Positions 20,987 through 31,518 of a DNA stretch of 64,000 bases are shown piece after piece (the stretch's first letter is position 1; every line of letters begins with the position of its first letter). The notes below the pieces were generated by a model. That model ran no database searches and was not told the origin of the DNA. It was given only the letters and a program-made list of their open reading frames with translations. The position numbers and the translations under genes were made by a program. The DNA is from Gemmatimonadaceae bacterium. GTDB lineage: Bacteria; Gemmatimonadota; Gemmatimonadetes; Gemmatimonadales; Gemmatimonadaceae. The DNA lies in the NCBI GenBank assembly GCA_051859245.1, contig JBHYGA010000001.1:1024001-1088000 (forward strand), given 5' to 3'.

Positions 20987-21862
20987 ATGATCGATCCTCA
21001 TCTCCTCATTGTCGATGCCCAGTCACTCGCGGCGCGCGCGGCGCATGTCGCTGCAGGTGATGTCAACAACGGCGTGCGTCTCTGGTCTCAGATGGCGCGC
21101 GGCGCGGCGCTGGACGTTGGCGCCACGCACCTGGTGGCTGCATGGGATCACGACGGCCCAACCTTCCGGCACGCGCTATTCCCTTCCTACAAGCACAGGC
21201 GCACCGGCGGCATGCGATTACGCGTGACGCCGATTCGTGAAGGCGTGGAAAGAACGGGAATCACGAGCGTCAGCGTACCCGAGTTTGAAGGCGATGATGT
21301 GGTGGCCTCGCTCATGGCGAGGTTTCGTGCCGAAGCCCGTGTAACGCTGTTATCGAACGACTCGGATTTGCTGCAATTCATTGCCGACGATGTTGATGTG
21401 GCGACGTATGTGGGCGCGGGCAAGGGCGCTAATGGTACGCGCATCAAAGTCTGGAGTGACGCCGATGTGATGGAGCGGTTTGGTGTGCCTCCCGCCAATC
21501 TTTCCGCGTTCAAAGCGCTGTGTGGTGAAGAAGGCGACGACATTCCGGGCGTAAAGAGTATCGGCAAGGGGACTGCCGCCAAGTTGCTGCGTCGTTGGAA
21601 AACAATCGACAAGGCAATCGAGGCCTGCGAGTTTGTCAGTGCGCGCGATGAAACGTCCAAACTGGCGGGACAGGCCGCACACATTGCGCTCATGCTGCAA
21701 CTCACCACGATCCGACAGGATGCGCCGCTGCCAACGTTCGAGTTCGCGCAGTGCGCGCTGGCGAACGTTGGCTGGCCCAGTAACTCCGCCGCGCGTAGCG
21801 CGGACGTCGTGACGCGCGTGGCCGCCGGACCGGGACTAGAGGACGTGCCGTTCCCAGAGTAG
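20987..21862 (+). CDS. Stand-alone 5'-3' exonuclease / flap endonuclease (Pol I N-terminal-like)
   Basis: LLIVD, FRHALFPSYK, EGDDVVA, SNDSDLLQ, helix-3-turn-helix DDIPGVKSIGKGTA. Confidence 0.85.
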   Translation: MIDPHLLIVDAQSLAARAAHVAAGDVNNGVRLWSQMARGAALDVGATHLVAAWDHDGPTFRHALFPSYKHRRTGGMRLRVTPIREGVERTGITSVSVPEFEGDDVVASLMARFRAEARVTLLSNDSDLLQFIADDVDVATYVGAGKGANGTRIKVWSDADVMERFGVPPANLSAFKALCGEEGDDIPGVKSIGKGTAAKLLRRWKTIDKAIEACEFVSARDETSKLAGQAAHIALMLQLTTIRQDAPLPTFEFAQCALANVGWPSNSAARSADVVTRVAAGPGLEDVPFPE

Positions 21863-21875
21863 CGGCAGAAGGCCG

Positions 21876-22142
21876 CTACACAAACATGGCGGGACTGATT
21901 TCCAGCGAGACTTCGGAAATTCGATGAGCGGGAATACCACTCCGACGCGCGTGCTCCAGTACGGCTTCCGGGTTGGGCGCAATGTACTCACAATAGATCT
22001 TGCCTTCGGCGTCGGACACGTAGCTCTTAACCCAGACCACCTCAGGCATATCTGCGAGCACGGCGTTCGAACTGCGGCCCGCAGCGGCGAGCTGTTCCGG
22101 TGTGAGTTGACCAACATTGCGTTCAATGATGTAACGCGGCAC
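21876..22142 (-). CDS. DUF4242 domain protein
   Basis: MPRYIIER...WVKSYVS...KIYCEY.APNPEAVLEHARRSGIPAHRISEV; GGAG RBS. Confidence 0.85.
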   Translation of the reverse strand: MPRYIIERNVGQLTPEQLAAAGRSSNAVLADMPEVVWVKSYVSDAEGKIYCEYIAPNPEAVLEHARRSGIPAHRISEVSLEISPAMFV

Positions 22143-22175
22143 GAGGACTCCAGGGTGAAGAGTGTTCCAAGAGGA

Positions 22176-25100
22176 TCAGGAAAGGGATACTGCGTGCAAC
22201 AAGCCCGGTTCATTCAGTTCCTGCGCGATCTCTCGCGCGGCTGCAGCGGCTTTCGCAGCCCCAGCGACATCATTCAGCAATGTGTTCGCGTGAGCGAGTC
22301 GATGCTGCATCCAGCCTTCACCACGTCGATCCGCGAGATCAACGCGGAGCAGCAACGACTGCGTGAAGCGTTCGCGCGCCTCTTCAAGTCGTCCGCTGGC
22401 GATGGCCACGTCACCAAGCGTAGCGTACGCGTGCGCGCGCAATTGCAGCTCACCGGTTTGCTCGGTGACTCGCACCGCCTCCACGAGTGCCGTGCGCGCT
22501 TCATCCCATCGTTTGAGCTGATGCAGTGATGCGCCAAGACTGTTCAGAATCAGCGCTTCGTGCACGCGGTCTGCATTTTCGCGGCAAAGTCGCAGCGCAA
22601 CCTCATAATGGTTCACGGCTTCCCGATACTCGCCGCGCTGCCAGTGCACGATACCGAGGGCGTTGCGCACCGTCAGCTCACGCTTGCGATCACCCACACG
22701 CACGGCGAGCGCGAGTGCGTCTTCGTATCGCGCGATAATCTGTTCGGGCGCGACATCGAGCTGTCGCTCGGCACGCGCGAGCCCGTCCAGCGCTTCGGCC
22801 TCTCCGGCCGCGTTGCCCGACGAGAGATGCACCGCACGCGCACGTTCCCAACTGTCGCGCGCCTGCTCCGGCTCGTGGAGTCGTTCGTAAGCCAGGGCCA
22901 GTCGACGCCACATCATGGCGGTATTGACGTGATCCTCAAGCTGCGCAAAGAGCTCCGCCGCGCGACGCAGATGCGGCAGGGCCTCAGACAACCGGCTGAG
23001 CCCCACCAATACCTCACCGAGTGATCGACTGGCGTGCGCCGAGCCTTCTGCGAAGCGTGCCTTCAGGTTGATGTCGAGCGCCTGCTGATACGTGGCGAGC
23101 GATTCCTCTACCAACCCCTGCTGCAACTGAATGTGCGCGATAGCGGGCAGTGTGAATGACGAGATCACTGGATGGCGATGTTCGAGGCCGTCGTTCATAA
23201 GCCGATGAAAGTATTCGAGCGCACGATCGTAGTCGCCGAGGTCGCGATGCACGGTGCCGATCACGTTGAGCAGTGCACCGTAGCGTACGGGATTGTCAGT
23301 CGCGGCCGTACGTTCCAGAGCGGCTTCCAGCACGGTGAGTGCTCGCGCCGAATCGCCCATCGCGCGCAGGATATTGGCCATGGTTGCCAGGTCGCCGGCT
23401 TCCGCACGCGTATCCGACGCTTCCCGGCCGAGCTCCAGCACGCGCTCGATGATGGCCAGCGCATCGGCATGTCGTCCTTCATGTGATCGGAGCAGGGCAA
23501 TGCTGCGTAATGCGTTGCGCTCACCGGCCGAATCAGCGCGTTCGTTGGCAATGTGTAGCGATGTCTCCAGGGCCCGCTCCGCCGATTGAAATCGGCGCAG
23601 CAACGTGAATGCATCTCCCTGTCGCAAGTACGCCTGCGCCAGTCGCTCCGACGGACCAAACGGCGCCAGCAGCGCAATCAATCGCTCCACCAGTCCCAAC
23701 TGACGGTTCCGCATGCCGAGTGTCTCGGAGAGGCGCTCCTGTCGAAACAGCACGTCCGCTTCGAGGTCGCGCCGCGAACTGTCGTCTGGCATGCGCGCGA
23801 GCCAGCGCTCAACACGTTCGAGCGTATGCAGTGCATCCGCGTTCTGATTAAGGTCCATGGTGCGATCAGCAGACTGCAAACCGTAGTTCACGGCTTCGGC
23901 CCACGACTCGGCACGTCCAAAATGATGCGCGAGTTTATCGACGTGTGATTCCAACCGGCCGGCATAGCGCGCTTCGATTGCCCGACCAACCGCCAGATGC
24001 ATGGACGCACGCTGATGCTCAAGCAAACTGTCGTACGCGACTTCCTGCGTCAGTGCATGCTTGAAGCGAAAGAGGGGCTCCGGCACGACACCGACTTGTT
24101 GCACCAGACCAGAGGCTTTCAGTCGTTCGAGGGCCTGCGGCAGTGCATCGCGCGATTCATACACCGCGTCAAGCACGCCGCGTGCAAAATCTCGACCGAT
24201 CACTGAAGCAATGCGTACCACATCAAGCGCGTGCACGTCAAGCCGATCAATGCGCGTGCGCAGCACGGCTTGTACAGTCTCCGGTACCAGTACTGTTCCT
24301 GTGTCACCCGAGGTGGTGGCCACACCGTCGAGTACCGCCACCGCACCGACTTCACGCAACGCTTCGCACACTTCCTCAAGGAAGAACGGGTTGCCGCCCG
24401 TCCGCTCATGCAGCTGTTGCGCGAGTTCCGGGGAGATATGCGACGCGCCGAGTACCCCGCACGCAATCGCCCAGGTGGCGGCGCCGTCGAGTGGCGTGAG
24501 ATGCAGCACACGCAGGTGATCCGAACTCCCCCACTCGATTGTTGCATCGGGCCGCGAGGTCGCGACGAGCATGAGAGGAGAGTTGGCCAGAATTTCGGAC
24601 AGGTTGCGAAGTGCCGCTCGTGACGCTTCATCCGCCCAGTGCCAGTCTTCCAGCAGCAACAACGTTGGCTGCGCGTGCGATCCCACGGTGAGAAGTGCGG
24701 CAATCGCGTCGAGCATGGCGCTTTGCAGGAGCTCGCCACGCAACTGTTCGGGCACAGGATACGCTGCACTTGGTATGGAGAGCAGCGCGAGCAAAAGCGG
24801 AAGGAACTCTTCGAGTGAGCGATCAATCGCGCGTGTCGAGAGCAGCAGGGCTTCGTGGCGCTCGGAGGGTGTTCCGCCTTCCGGCATCGCGAGTGCGTCG
24901 GCGATGGTTTCGATAAACGGTGCGAATGGGGTACTTCGGGCGTACGCATCGCAGTGCCCCACAAGCACTCGGACATCCGACGCGAAGGCGCCCGCGCGAA
25001 GCTCTCGCAACAAACGGCTCTTGCCAACACCTGCCTCGCCCACGATGGCGGTGAAGCTCCCGCTCCCCTGACGCACCGCCGCAAGTCGGGCCAACAGTTC

Positions 25101-26855
25101 GGCGCGTTCGCGTTCGCGACCAACGAATGGTGTCAGCGAATCGATCGCCGCTCCATCGAGACGAGATCGTACGTCCGATTCGCCAATCACCACGAACGTG
25201 CCAACGGGTATGCCATCCGAGGACGTGGTCGTTCCTCGCGCTGCCGCTGTGCGCACGAATGGCGTGACCAACCGCCGTGCTTCTGCGCTGATCACGATGG
25301 TATCGGGATCCGCGGCCGCATTCAGTCGTGAGGCGACGTCAACCGGTGCGCCACTCAGCCGATAACGTCGGTCTTCATTGGCGGACTGCTGCACGACCAC
25401 CGGACCTACGTGCACTCCAACGCGCAAACGCAGTGCGATCGGAATCCTTGCTGGTAGCGTTGTTGTGAGATCGCGGACACGCGCCTGCAGCCCGATGGCA
25501 GCTCGAACACCAGAGAGCGCGTCTTCATCGTGCGCCGTTGGTACCCCGAACAACATGACCAGACTGTCGCCGGTCACCTGATTCAACACGCCGCCGTGGG
25601 CCTTGGCCGTCTCCGCAGCGGCTTCGCGAATCTGCGCCAGGACACCGTCTGCCTCGTCTGGAGCGAGACGTTCAAACAGTGCATCGTGACCATCAATCGT
25701 GCACACGACGAGCGTCACATGTCGCCGCTCGCCGCTGCGCGAAATGCGCGTGTCCCGCGTGGGATCTGGCGCAGCGCGGCCCTCATTTAGACTGGCCGGT
25801 TCTGCGGTGATTGGGCGCGTGGTGCAGGCGAGCAACGCGCCGAGCAGCTGCGCGGCGTCGGCATAACGATCGCCGGGACGTTTCGCGAGGAGGGTGCGCA
25901 CGACGGCTTCAACATCGGGTGGCACATCGGAGCGCGCCTGCGAAAACGGGGCCGGGTCGGCCGAAAGCGTTGCCACCAGCAACGCCTGATCCGCGCTCCC
26001 ACGAAACGGTCGAACTCCCGCCAGCATTTCGTACATCACGACGCCGAGCGACCAAAGATCGGTGCGGTGATCGACTGTTTCGCCGAAGGCCTGCTCCGGA
26101 CTCATGTAGGCAAGCGTACCGATTACGGCCGTTGCCTGCGTGGCTGTGACATCCGACAACTTGGCAATCCCGAAATCGAGGATCTTGACCAGACCGTCGG
26201 CCGTGATCATGACATTCGCCGGCTTGATGTCGCGGTGCACGATGCCGCGCTGGTGCGCCTTGATCAGTCCGCGCGTGATCTCTGCGCTGATACGAATCGC
26301 TTCCGCCACCGGGAGCGGGCCGCGCGCGATGCAACGGTCGAGCGTTTCGCCGTCATAACACGCCATGACGATGTGCAATGTGCCGTCGGACATTTCGCCG
26401 ATTTCGTGCACCGTGCAAATGTTCGGATGCTCAATGGCCGCCGCGGCACGTGCCTCGACAAGGAAGCGCTTCTTCGCCACCGGATCTTCGCTGAGATGCG
26501 TTGGAAGAAACTTCAGCGCGACCTCTCGACCAAGTCGATCATCGCTGGCGCGATAGACCACACCCATGCCGCCTTTGCCCAGCTGTTCGAGCAGGCGGTA
26601 ACGCGAGTGCGCCGGAAGAGACAGCGCCGGCGTCGACACAAGCGCGGGTGAGGGCAGCAGTGGAGACATGACTTCTTCCACCAGCTGGTCCAGTACGCCC
26701 CGTCGCTCGTGCGCGGCGAGCAGCGCTTGAACCTCGGCTCGTACGCTTGCGTCGGGCGCCACGCGCAGAAGAAACGATTCGCGCTCAGGTCGCGGCTGCG
26801 TTAGCGCGTCCTGAAACAACGCCTCCACGGCGGCCCATTTTTCGGCGGCGTTCAC
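22176..26855 (-). CDS. Ser/Thr kinase, class III cyclase-like domain, AAA/STAND-type NTPase and TPR multidomain protein
   Basis: GKGGMG, HRDIKPAN, DFG; RRHVT...GDS...RVGVHVG; FVGRERE, GEAGVGKS, LLLEDWHWAD, GGNPFF, FKHALTQEVAY; C-terminal TPRs. Confidence 0.88.
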   Translation of the reverse strand: MNAAEKWAAVEALFQDALTQPRPERESFLLRVAPDASVRAEVQALLAAHERRGVLDQLVEEVMSPLLPSPALVSTPALSLPAHSRYRLLEQLGKGGMGVVYRASDDRLGREVALKFLPTHLSEDPVAKKRFLVEARAAAAIEHPNICTVHEIGEMSDGTLHIVMACYDGETLDRCIARGPLPVAEAIRISAEITRGLIKAHQRGIVHRDIKPANVMITADGLVKILDFGIAKLSDVTATQATAVIGTLAYMSPEQAFGETVDHRTDLWSLGVVMYEMLAGVRPFRGSADQALLVATLSADPAPFSQARSDVPPDVEAVVRTLLAKRPGDRYADAAQLLGALLACTTRPITAEPASLNEGRAAPDPTRDTRISRSGERRHVTLVVCTIDGHDALFERLAPDEADGVLAQIREAAAETAKAHGGVLNQVTGDSLVMLFGVPTAHDEDALSGVRAAIGLQARVRDLTTTLPARIPIALRLRVGVHVGPVVVQQSANEDRRYRLSGAPVDVASRLNAAADPDTIVISAEARRLVTPFVRTAAARGTTTSSDGIPVGTFVVIGESDVRSRLDGAAIDSLTPFVGRERERAELLARLAAVRQGSGSFTAIVGEAGVGKSRLLRELRAGAFASDVRVLVGHCDAYARSTPFAPFIETIADALAMPEGGTPSERHEALLLSTRAIDRSLEEFLPLLLALLSIPSAAYPVPEQLRGELLQSAMLDAIAALLTVGSHAQPTLLLLEDWHWADEASRAALRNLSEILANSPLMLVATSRPDATIEWGSSDHLRVLHLTPLDGAATWAIACGVLGASHISPELAQQLHERTGGNPFFLEEVCEALREVGAVAVLDGVATTSGDTGTVLVPETVQAVLRTRIDRLDVHALDVVRIASVIGRDFARGVLDAVYESRDALPQALERLKASGLVQQVGVVPEPLFRFKHALTQEVAYDSLLEHQRASMHLAVGRAIEARYAGRLESHVDKLAHHFGRAESWAEAVNYGLQSADRTMDLNQNADALHTLERVERWLARMPDDSSRRDLEADVLFRQERLSETLGMRNRQLGLVERLIALLAPFGPSERLAQAYLRQGDAFTLLRRFQSAERALETSLHIANERADSAGERNALRSIALLRSHEGRHADALAIIERVLELGREASDTRAEAGDLATMANILRAMGDSARALTVLEAALERTAATDNPVRYGALLNVIGTVHRDLGDYDRALEYFHRLMNDGLEHRHPVISSFTLPAIAHIQLQQGLVEESLATYQQALDINLKARFAEGSAHASRSLGEVLVGLSRLSEALPHLRRAAELFAQLEDHVNTAMMWRRLALAYERLHEPEQARDSWERARAVHLSSGNAAGEAEALDGLARAERQLDVAPEQIIARYEDALALAVRVGDRKRELTVRNALGIVHWQRGEYREAVNHYEVALRLCRENADRVHEALILNSLGASLHQLKRWDEARTALVEAVRVTEQTGELQLRAHAYATLGDVAIASGRLEEARERFTQSLLLRVDLADRRGEGWMQHRLAHANTLLNDVAGAAKAAAAAREIAQELNEPGLLHAVSLS

Positions 26856-26862
26856 TCGGCGT

Positions 26863-27450
26863 TCACTCCGCGCTCAGTTCACGATTTAACCACGCGCGTG
26901 CCGCCGTCCAGTCACGCTTTACCGTGGCCGGTGAAAGATTCAGCGCCTCAGCCGTTTCTTCGATACTCAAGCCAACGAAAAAGCGGCATTCGACAATCCG
27001 ACCGTGTCGCGGATTGAGTGCGGCCAATCGCTCGAGCGCGTCATCGAGTGCGGTGAGATGATCGAGGTTCTGATCCACCGCAGACATCTGTGCATCAGCG
27101 TGCTCAAGCGGCACCAGCAGCTCGCCGCCACCGCGTTTCTGGGCGCGTCGCGTTTCGGCATAGTCGACCAGCACGCGTCGCATTGTGCGCGCCGCCATGG
27201 CCAAGACATGTGTGCGGTCTCGCCATTGCATCCGATCCAGACCTTCCAAACGCAAGAACGCCTCGTGGACCAGTCCGTCCGTCTCAAGCGTATGCCCCTC
27301 GGCCTCACCAGCAAGTTGACGCCGCGCAATAAGCCGCAGACGGTCGTGTAGTAAACCCAGCACTTGCTTGAGTGCGTTAGCGTCACCGTGACTGGCGATA
27401 TGCAGCAGCCGAGTGACGTCGCCTTGATCGGGGATCTCTTGGACGGTCAT
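26863..27450 (-). CDS. ECF sigma factor (TIGR02999-like, kinase-associated type)
   Basis: DVTRLL, GHTLETDGLVHEAFLRL, RAQKRGG, VECRFFVGLSIEETAEAL.LSPATVKRDW. Confidence 0.9.
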   Translation of the reverse strand: MTVQEIPDQGDVTRLLHIASHGDANALKQVLGLLHDRLRLIARRQLAGEAEGHTLETDGLVHEAFLRLEGLDRMQWRDRTHVLAMAARTMRRVLVDYAETRRAQKRGGGELLVPLEHADAQMSAVDQNLDHLTALDDALERLAALNPRHGRIVECRFFVGLSIEETAEALNLSPATVKRDWTAARAWLNRELSAE

Positions 27451-27631
27451 GCCAGGGCAGTAAGGGAAGGGAGGCCGTTCACTTAAGGAGGCGGGAACGT
27501 CAGGCGAAACGGCTCATCCGCCTTGTGGGCAGGTCAATCTACGTCTTCTGGCGAATAGCCCCACGCGGTCGCGTGATCGAGTTTGAAGGAACGCTACCAC
27601 TTGAACCACACATCAGTGAACGGAGAGTGTC

Positions 27632-28195
27632 ATGGAAGACCGACTCGCGACCGAACGTAGCACCGCAGGAACCACTGGCCGTCTGGACAACACGACCGCC
27701 GGCCAGCTCATGCACCTAAGCGACATGAACGACTACGAAATCGCAGACGGCGAACCGGATATCCGAGGTTGGGATGTGCGGGCGAGCAACGGCGACAAGA
27801 TTGGGGACGTGGAGGATCTGCTGGTTGACTCGGCGACACTGCGCGTCCGGTACATCGAAGTCAAGCTCGAGAAGGATCTTGTCGCTAATGCCGATCGTCG
27901 CCATGCGTTGCTGCCCATCGGTTCGGCGCGCCTCGACGATGATGACGACAATGTGCTCGTCAGCATGGACAGTGAGCGGTTGCGTGCACTGCCGCCCTAT
28001 GTACGCGGCACGCTGAATCGCGAATATGAGCAGTCGGTGGTGGACGGATTTCGCCGCCCGGACGATCGCGTCATGTCGACGGACGCCGACCGCGATTTTT
28101 ATGACGGCGACCAGTTCGACGATCGCCGCACGTTCGAGACACGTCGGACTCCCGGCCGTGAAGACACCGGGTACATGCGTCGATTGGGCGAGTAA
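27632..28195 (+). CDS. PRC-barrel domain protein
   Basis: DYEIADGEPDIRGWDV..NGDKIGDVEDLLVD...VRYIEV; GGAG RBS. Confidence 0.85.
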   Translation: MEDRLATERSTAGTTGRLDNTTAGQLMHLSDMNDYEIADGEPDIRGWDVRASNGDKIGDVEDLLVDSATLRVRYIEVKLEKDLVANADRRHALLPIGSARLDDDDDNVLVSMDSERLRALPPYVRGTLNREYEQSVVDGFRRPDDRVMSTDADRDFYDGDQFDDRRTFETRRTPGREDTGYMRRLGE

Positions 28196-28204
28196 CGATT
28201 GGTC

Positions 28205-30109
28205 CTACGTTGGGGTTGGTTGATACAGCAGCGCGTCGTGCACTTCGCGACGCGCTGCGGTTAACCGGTCCACGTCTTCGCCAACCGCTCGCGCGGCCTC
28301 AATGAGCGTCGTGAGCGGCGCCACGTCTGACTCACCGGCGTGCAGGCGCAACAGATCGAGTCGTATTGCCTCGAGTGCCGCAACGCTCCGGGCCAGTCGT
28401 GCGCCGGCCGCGTTTCGTCGATCAGCCAGTAGCTCGTTGTTGGCGGAGTCGGGCGCCAGGGCGGCCACCACATCCAGATCGGCGCGTGCCTCTGCTGCCT
28501 GCGCCTCGAGCGCGGCGACCGTCGCGGGCAGATCGCGCAGCTGTTCACGATACGCTTGCGGCAGCGCAGCAAACAGTTCGCCCGCCGCAACGCCGAGCGC
28601 GGCTTCCGTGGCGCGAAACACGCCTCCGCCCACTGCGCGTGAACGAGCCGGTGCGCCAAGCCGTTTTGCCAGCCACGCGCCGGCGCGACTGCTCCAGAGT
28701 CGTTCGCGAATACCGGTCTGCAACAGATCACGCACACGGTGTGGAATGAACTGCACATCCAGCGCGTTGCTGATGGCGCCAAACAACATGGTGGTCAGCA
28801 CGGGCGCCACGATCACAATTGGCGCCATTTCATTTTCCCTGATCGTACCGGCAATCAGCAGGCCGATCGTGCTGGCCAACCAGCCAGCCGCCCCCAACGT
28901 CGCAACGCGCAACAACCGCGGCCCTGGGCCTTCTGGTGTGCTCCGTATGAGCGCGTCCGTCTCGCTCCGCTCCCGACGCGCCACGCCGAGTGCCGTGCGC
29001 AGATCGGCCAGCGTATGCCCGGCTTTGAACTGAAGGCGGGCCTGATTGAGGTGGTACCCGATGATCGGAAACAATGGCAGCGACGTAATTGCCGCGAGGA
29101 GGACGATGTCGGCTGGACCATCCGGCCGATTGCCGGTGACCCACGCAATAAGATTGGCCAGCGTCATAAAGCCAAAGACTGCTGACCAACCCGCGTACGG
29201 CACCAGAAGCGGGTTGCGCGCCGAGAGCCACGCACGAAGCGATGTGGGCAGCACCGGACGTGCATCGGATGACGGCGCGAGCGCTGCGGCAACAGCTTCG
29301 CCGTCCTGAAAGCGATGTGCAGGATCACGTTCAAGACATCGATCGATTGTGGTGCCGATCACACTCGGCAATCCCGGTGCGATCTGCAGGACGCTCGTTG
29401 GTACCTCGGTTGCCTGACGGACAAGAAGCGCCGGAAGATTACTCGTCTCGAATGGCAGACGCCCACTCACGGCGAGGTACCCCACGACGCCGAGCGCGTA
29501 AATGTCGCTGCGTCCGTCGATTGATGAACCGGCCGCCTGTTCAGGGCTCATGAAATGCGCGGTGCCCATGAGCATGCCGGGATCGGTGCTCGGGCCCGCG
29601 TGTGTTGCGCCGTGCGCAATGCCGAAATCGGTGACGAGCGCGCGCCCCGTACTGGCTTCGAGCAGAATGTTATCTGGTTTCACGTCACGGTGAACGATGC
29701 CACGTCCATGGGCGTATGCGAGTGCCCAGGCAACCTCGCGCAGGACACGCGCGGCATCGGCGGGAGGGAGCGGACCCCGGGTGCGCAGCCGCTCGCCGAG
29801 CGTTTCGCCTTCCACGTACGCCATCACGAAATACACGATGCCGCGCGCTTCACCAACGCGGTGAATGGGCACGATATGCGGATGTGACAGACCGGCCGCG
29901 GTTCGCGCCTCGCGCAAGAATCGAGCGCGCGTTGCTTCCGACGCGAGTTGCGAGGGGAGCGTCTTGATTGCCACATCGCGGTCGAGCTGCACGTCTCGCG
30001 CGAGGTAGACAATGCCCATGCCGCCGCGGCCCAATTCGCGCTGTAGCGAGTATTCGCCCGCCAGAGCGGACTGCAGCGCGAGGAATTCGTTGTCGTGGGG
30101 TGAGGTCAT
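28205..30109 (-). CDS. Membrane-associated Ser/Thr protein kinase
   Basis: LGRGGMGIVY, HRDVKPDN, VTDFGIA, GTAHFMSPEQ; hydrophobic helices and a helical C-terminus. Confidence 0.9.
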   Translation of the reverse strand: MTSPHDNEFLALQSALAGEYSLQRELGRGGMGIVYLARDVQLDRDVAIKTLPSQLASEATRARFLREARTAAGLSHPHIVPIHRVGEARGIVYFVMAYVEGETLGERLRTRGPLPPADAARVLREVAWALAYAHGRGIVHRDVKPDNILLEASTGRALVTDFGIAHGATHAGPSTDPGMLMGTAHFMSPEQAAGSSIDGRSDIYALGVVGYLAVSGRLPFETSNLPALLVRQATEVPTSVLQIAPGLPSVIGTTIDRCLERDPAHRFQDGEAVAAALAPSSDARPVLPTSLRAWLSARNPLLVPYAGWSAVFGFMTLANLIAWVTGNRPDGPADIVLLAAITSLPLFPIIGYHLNQARLQFKAGHTLADLRTALGVARRERSETDALIRSTPEGPGPRLLRVATLGAAGWLASTIGLLIAGTIRENEMAPIVIVAPVLTTMLFGAISNALDVQFIPHRVRDLLQTGIRERLWSSRAGAWLAKRLGAPARSRAVGGGVFRATEAALGVAAGELFAALPQAYREQLRDLPATVAALEAQAAEARADLDVVAALAPDSANNELLADRRNAAGARLARSVAALEAIRLDLLRLHAGESDVAPLTTLIEAARAVGEDVDRLTAARREVHDALLYQPTPT

Positions 30110-30164
30110 GGGGGTCCGTACGCGTTGCCGACGGAGAGGTTTCCTGTTGCGCAGACACCCCGTG

Positions 30165-31253
30165 TCAGGGCGGTGAGTCCGCGTGGTGTGTGAAACTCAG
30201 CTCGAAGGGTCTCGTGAAGTATCGCTCCCGCCAGGTGGGGTCGTGCGCATCAAGAACGATGGCGACTGCAGCTCCTACAGGATATACCACCTCGCGCCGA
30301 TGTTTCGCGAGGTTGGCGCCTGCGGTCCCACGCACGATGGCGCGAAAAATGGAGTCGCGGACGGTTGGCCACGAACGACCGTAGAGAGCGCTGGCGTGAG
30401 CATCTGCCGCGGCAACGGAAGCCACGCGGTACTCCGTGTAGCGTGCGACGCCCTCCTGCCACAGCTGAAAGTTGAGATAGCGCGCGTCGTTTGCAGAAAG
30501 CGCGGCGTGCAATGCGGCATACGCAGTGCGCACCTCTGCAATTCGTGACGGGCGTACGGAGACACTGAACGTGTCAAGCGCAGCAACAAGTGCGTGCGTC
30601 AACTGATCGAAGCGTTGCTGCACACGCGCGGAGTCGTACGGGAAGGCGTAGTTGAGCGCCCACATGCCGGTAGTGTCGCCGCGCGCGAGGTCAAGCGCGT
30701 TCACGCCGTCGTAATAGCGTGGCTGCGCGAACTGGAGTTGATGAAAATGTTCGTGCAGCAACGTAAGCACCCATTCTGCGGGTGATTTCCCCGTGGCTTC
30801 GGCCTGTCCGATCACGACAACGGGTGACGCGTTGCCAAGGGGAAAAGTGGCGAGCAGTGCGGACGGGAAGATGCGCGTTCGCGTGTGCACGGCTGCGCGA
30901 AGCATCGAGTCGATGCCCACGCTCGCGAAGCCCGCAGGCACGCGCGTCTCGGTAGTCGTTGGCGACGACAGCGGCGTGACGAGATACTCGCGCTCGCCTG
31001 CTACGAGCAGTATTGGAAACGCCGTTGCGCCCCAGCCCGTCCACGCGCTGTCACCATAACGCGCGGCCAGTGTGTACGCGTCGAGAATCCCCGCGCGATC
31101 CACTGTCGGCAGTGTGTCGATAGATCGCGACGCCTTGGCGCGTGCGAACGGTGGCGCTCCTGGCGTCGGGCTGAAGCGGACAACGCCGGTGTCACGTGAA
31201 AGGGCGACGCACGCGAAGAGCACCACGCCGAGCATCGGAATCTGACGCATCAC
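30165..31253 (-). CDS. Secreted hypothetical protein, putative gluzincin-type metallopeptidase
   Basis: Signal peptide; LLHEHFHQ and downstream WQEGVARYTE. Confidence 0.6.
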   Translation of the reverse strand: MMRQIPMLGVVLFACVALSRDTGVVRFSPTPGAPPFARAKASRSIDTLPTVDRAGILDAYTLAARYGDSAWTGWGATAFPILLVAGEREYLVTPLSSPTTTETRVPAGFASVGIDSMLRAAVHTRTRIFPSALLATFPLGNASPVVVIGQAEATGKSPAEWVLTLLHEHFHQLQFAQPRYYDGVNALDLARGDTTGMWALNYAFPYDSARVQQRFDQLTHALVAALDTFSVSVRPSRIAEVRTAYAALHAALSANDARYLNFQLWQEGVARYTEYRVASVAAADAHASALYGRSWPTVRDSIFRAIVRGTAGANLAKHRREVVYPVGAAVAIVLDAHDPTWRERYFTRPFELSFTHHADSPP

Positions 31254-31518
31254 GAAAGAGCAAATGTTGGGGAGGGATGGCGTGCGCTCTGCGCACCGCT
31301 ATTGCGACACGTTGCCGGCGTGATTGGGTTGCCCCGAGGGGGACGCCCAGTGCGGGGAACTTCCGGACCCTCCCCTCAGGAAGACCCTGACTGCCTCGCC
31401 GATGCTGAACGACTAGCGTAGGCGTGCGAACGTGTGGCATGACCTGCGGCGTTCGCCTGCCGCGACTCGATCGCCGTCTGATTGGGTGCGCAGTTCTCTC
31501 GCGACCTCGGGAGTTGTT

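Noticed and set aside
27632..28195. Photosynthetic reaction-centre H subunit (puhA)
   Set aside because: Only a PRC barrel with no N-terminal TM helix; this stand-alone family is common in non-phototrophs
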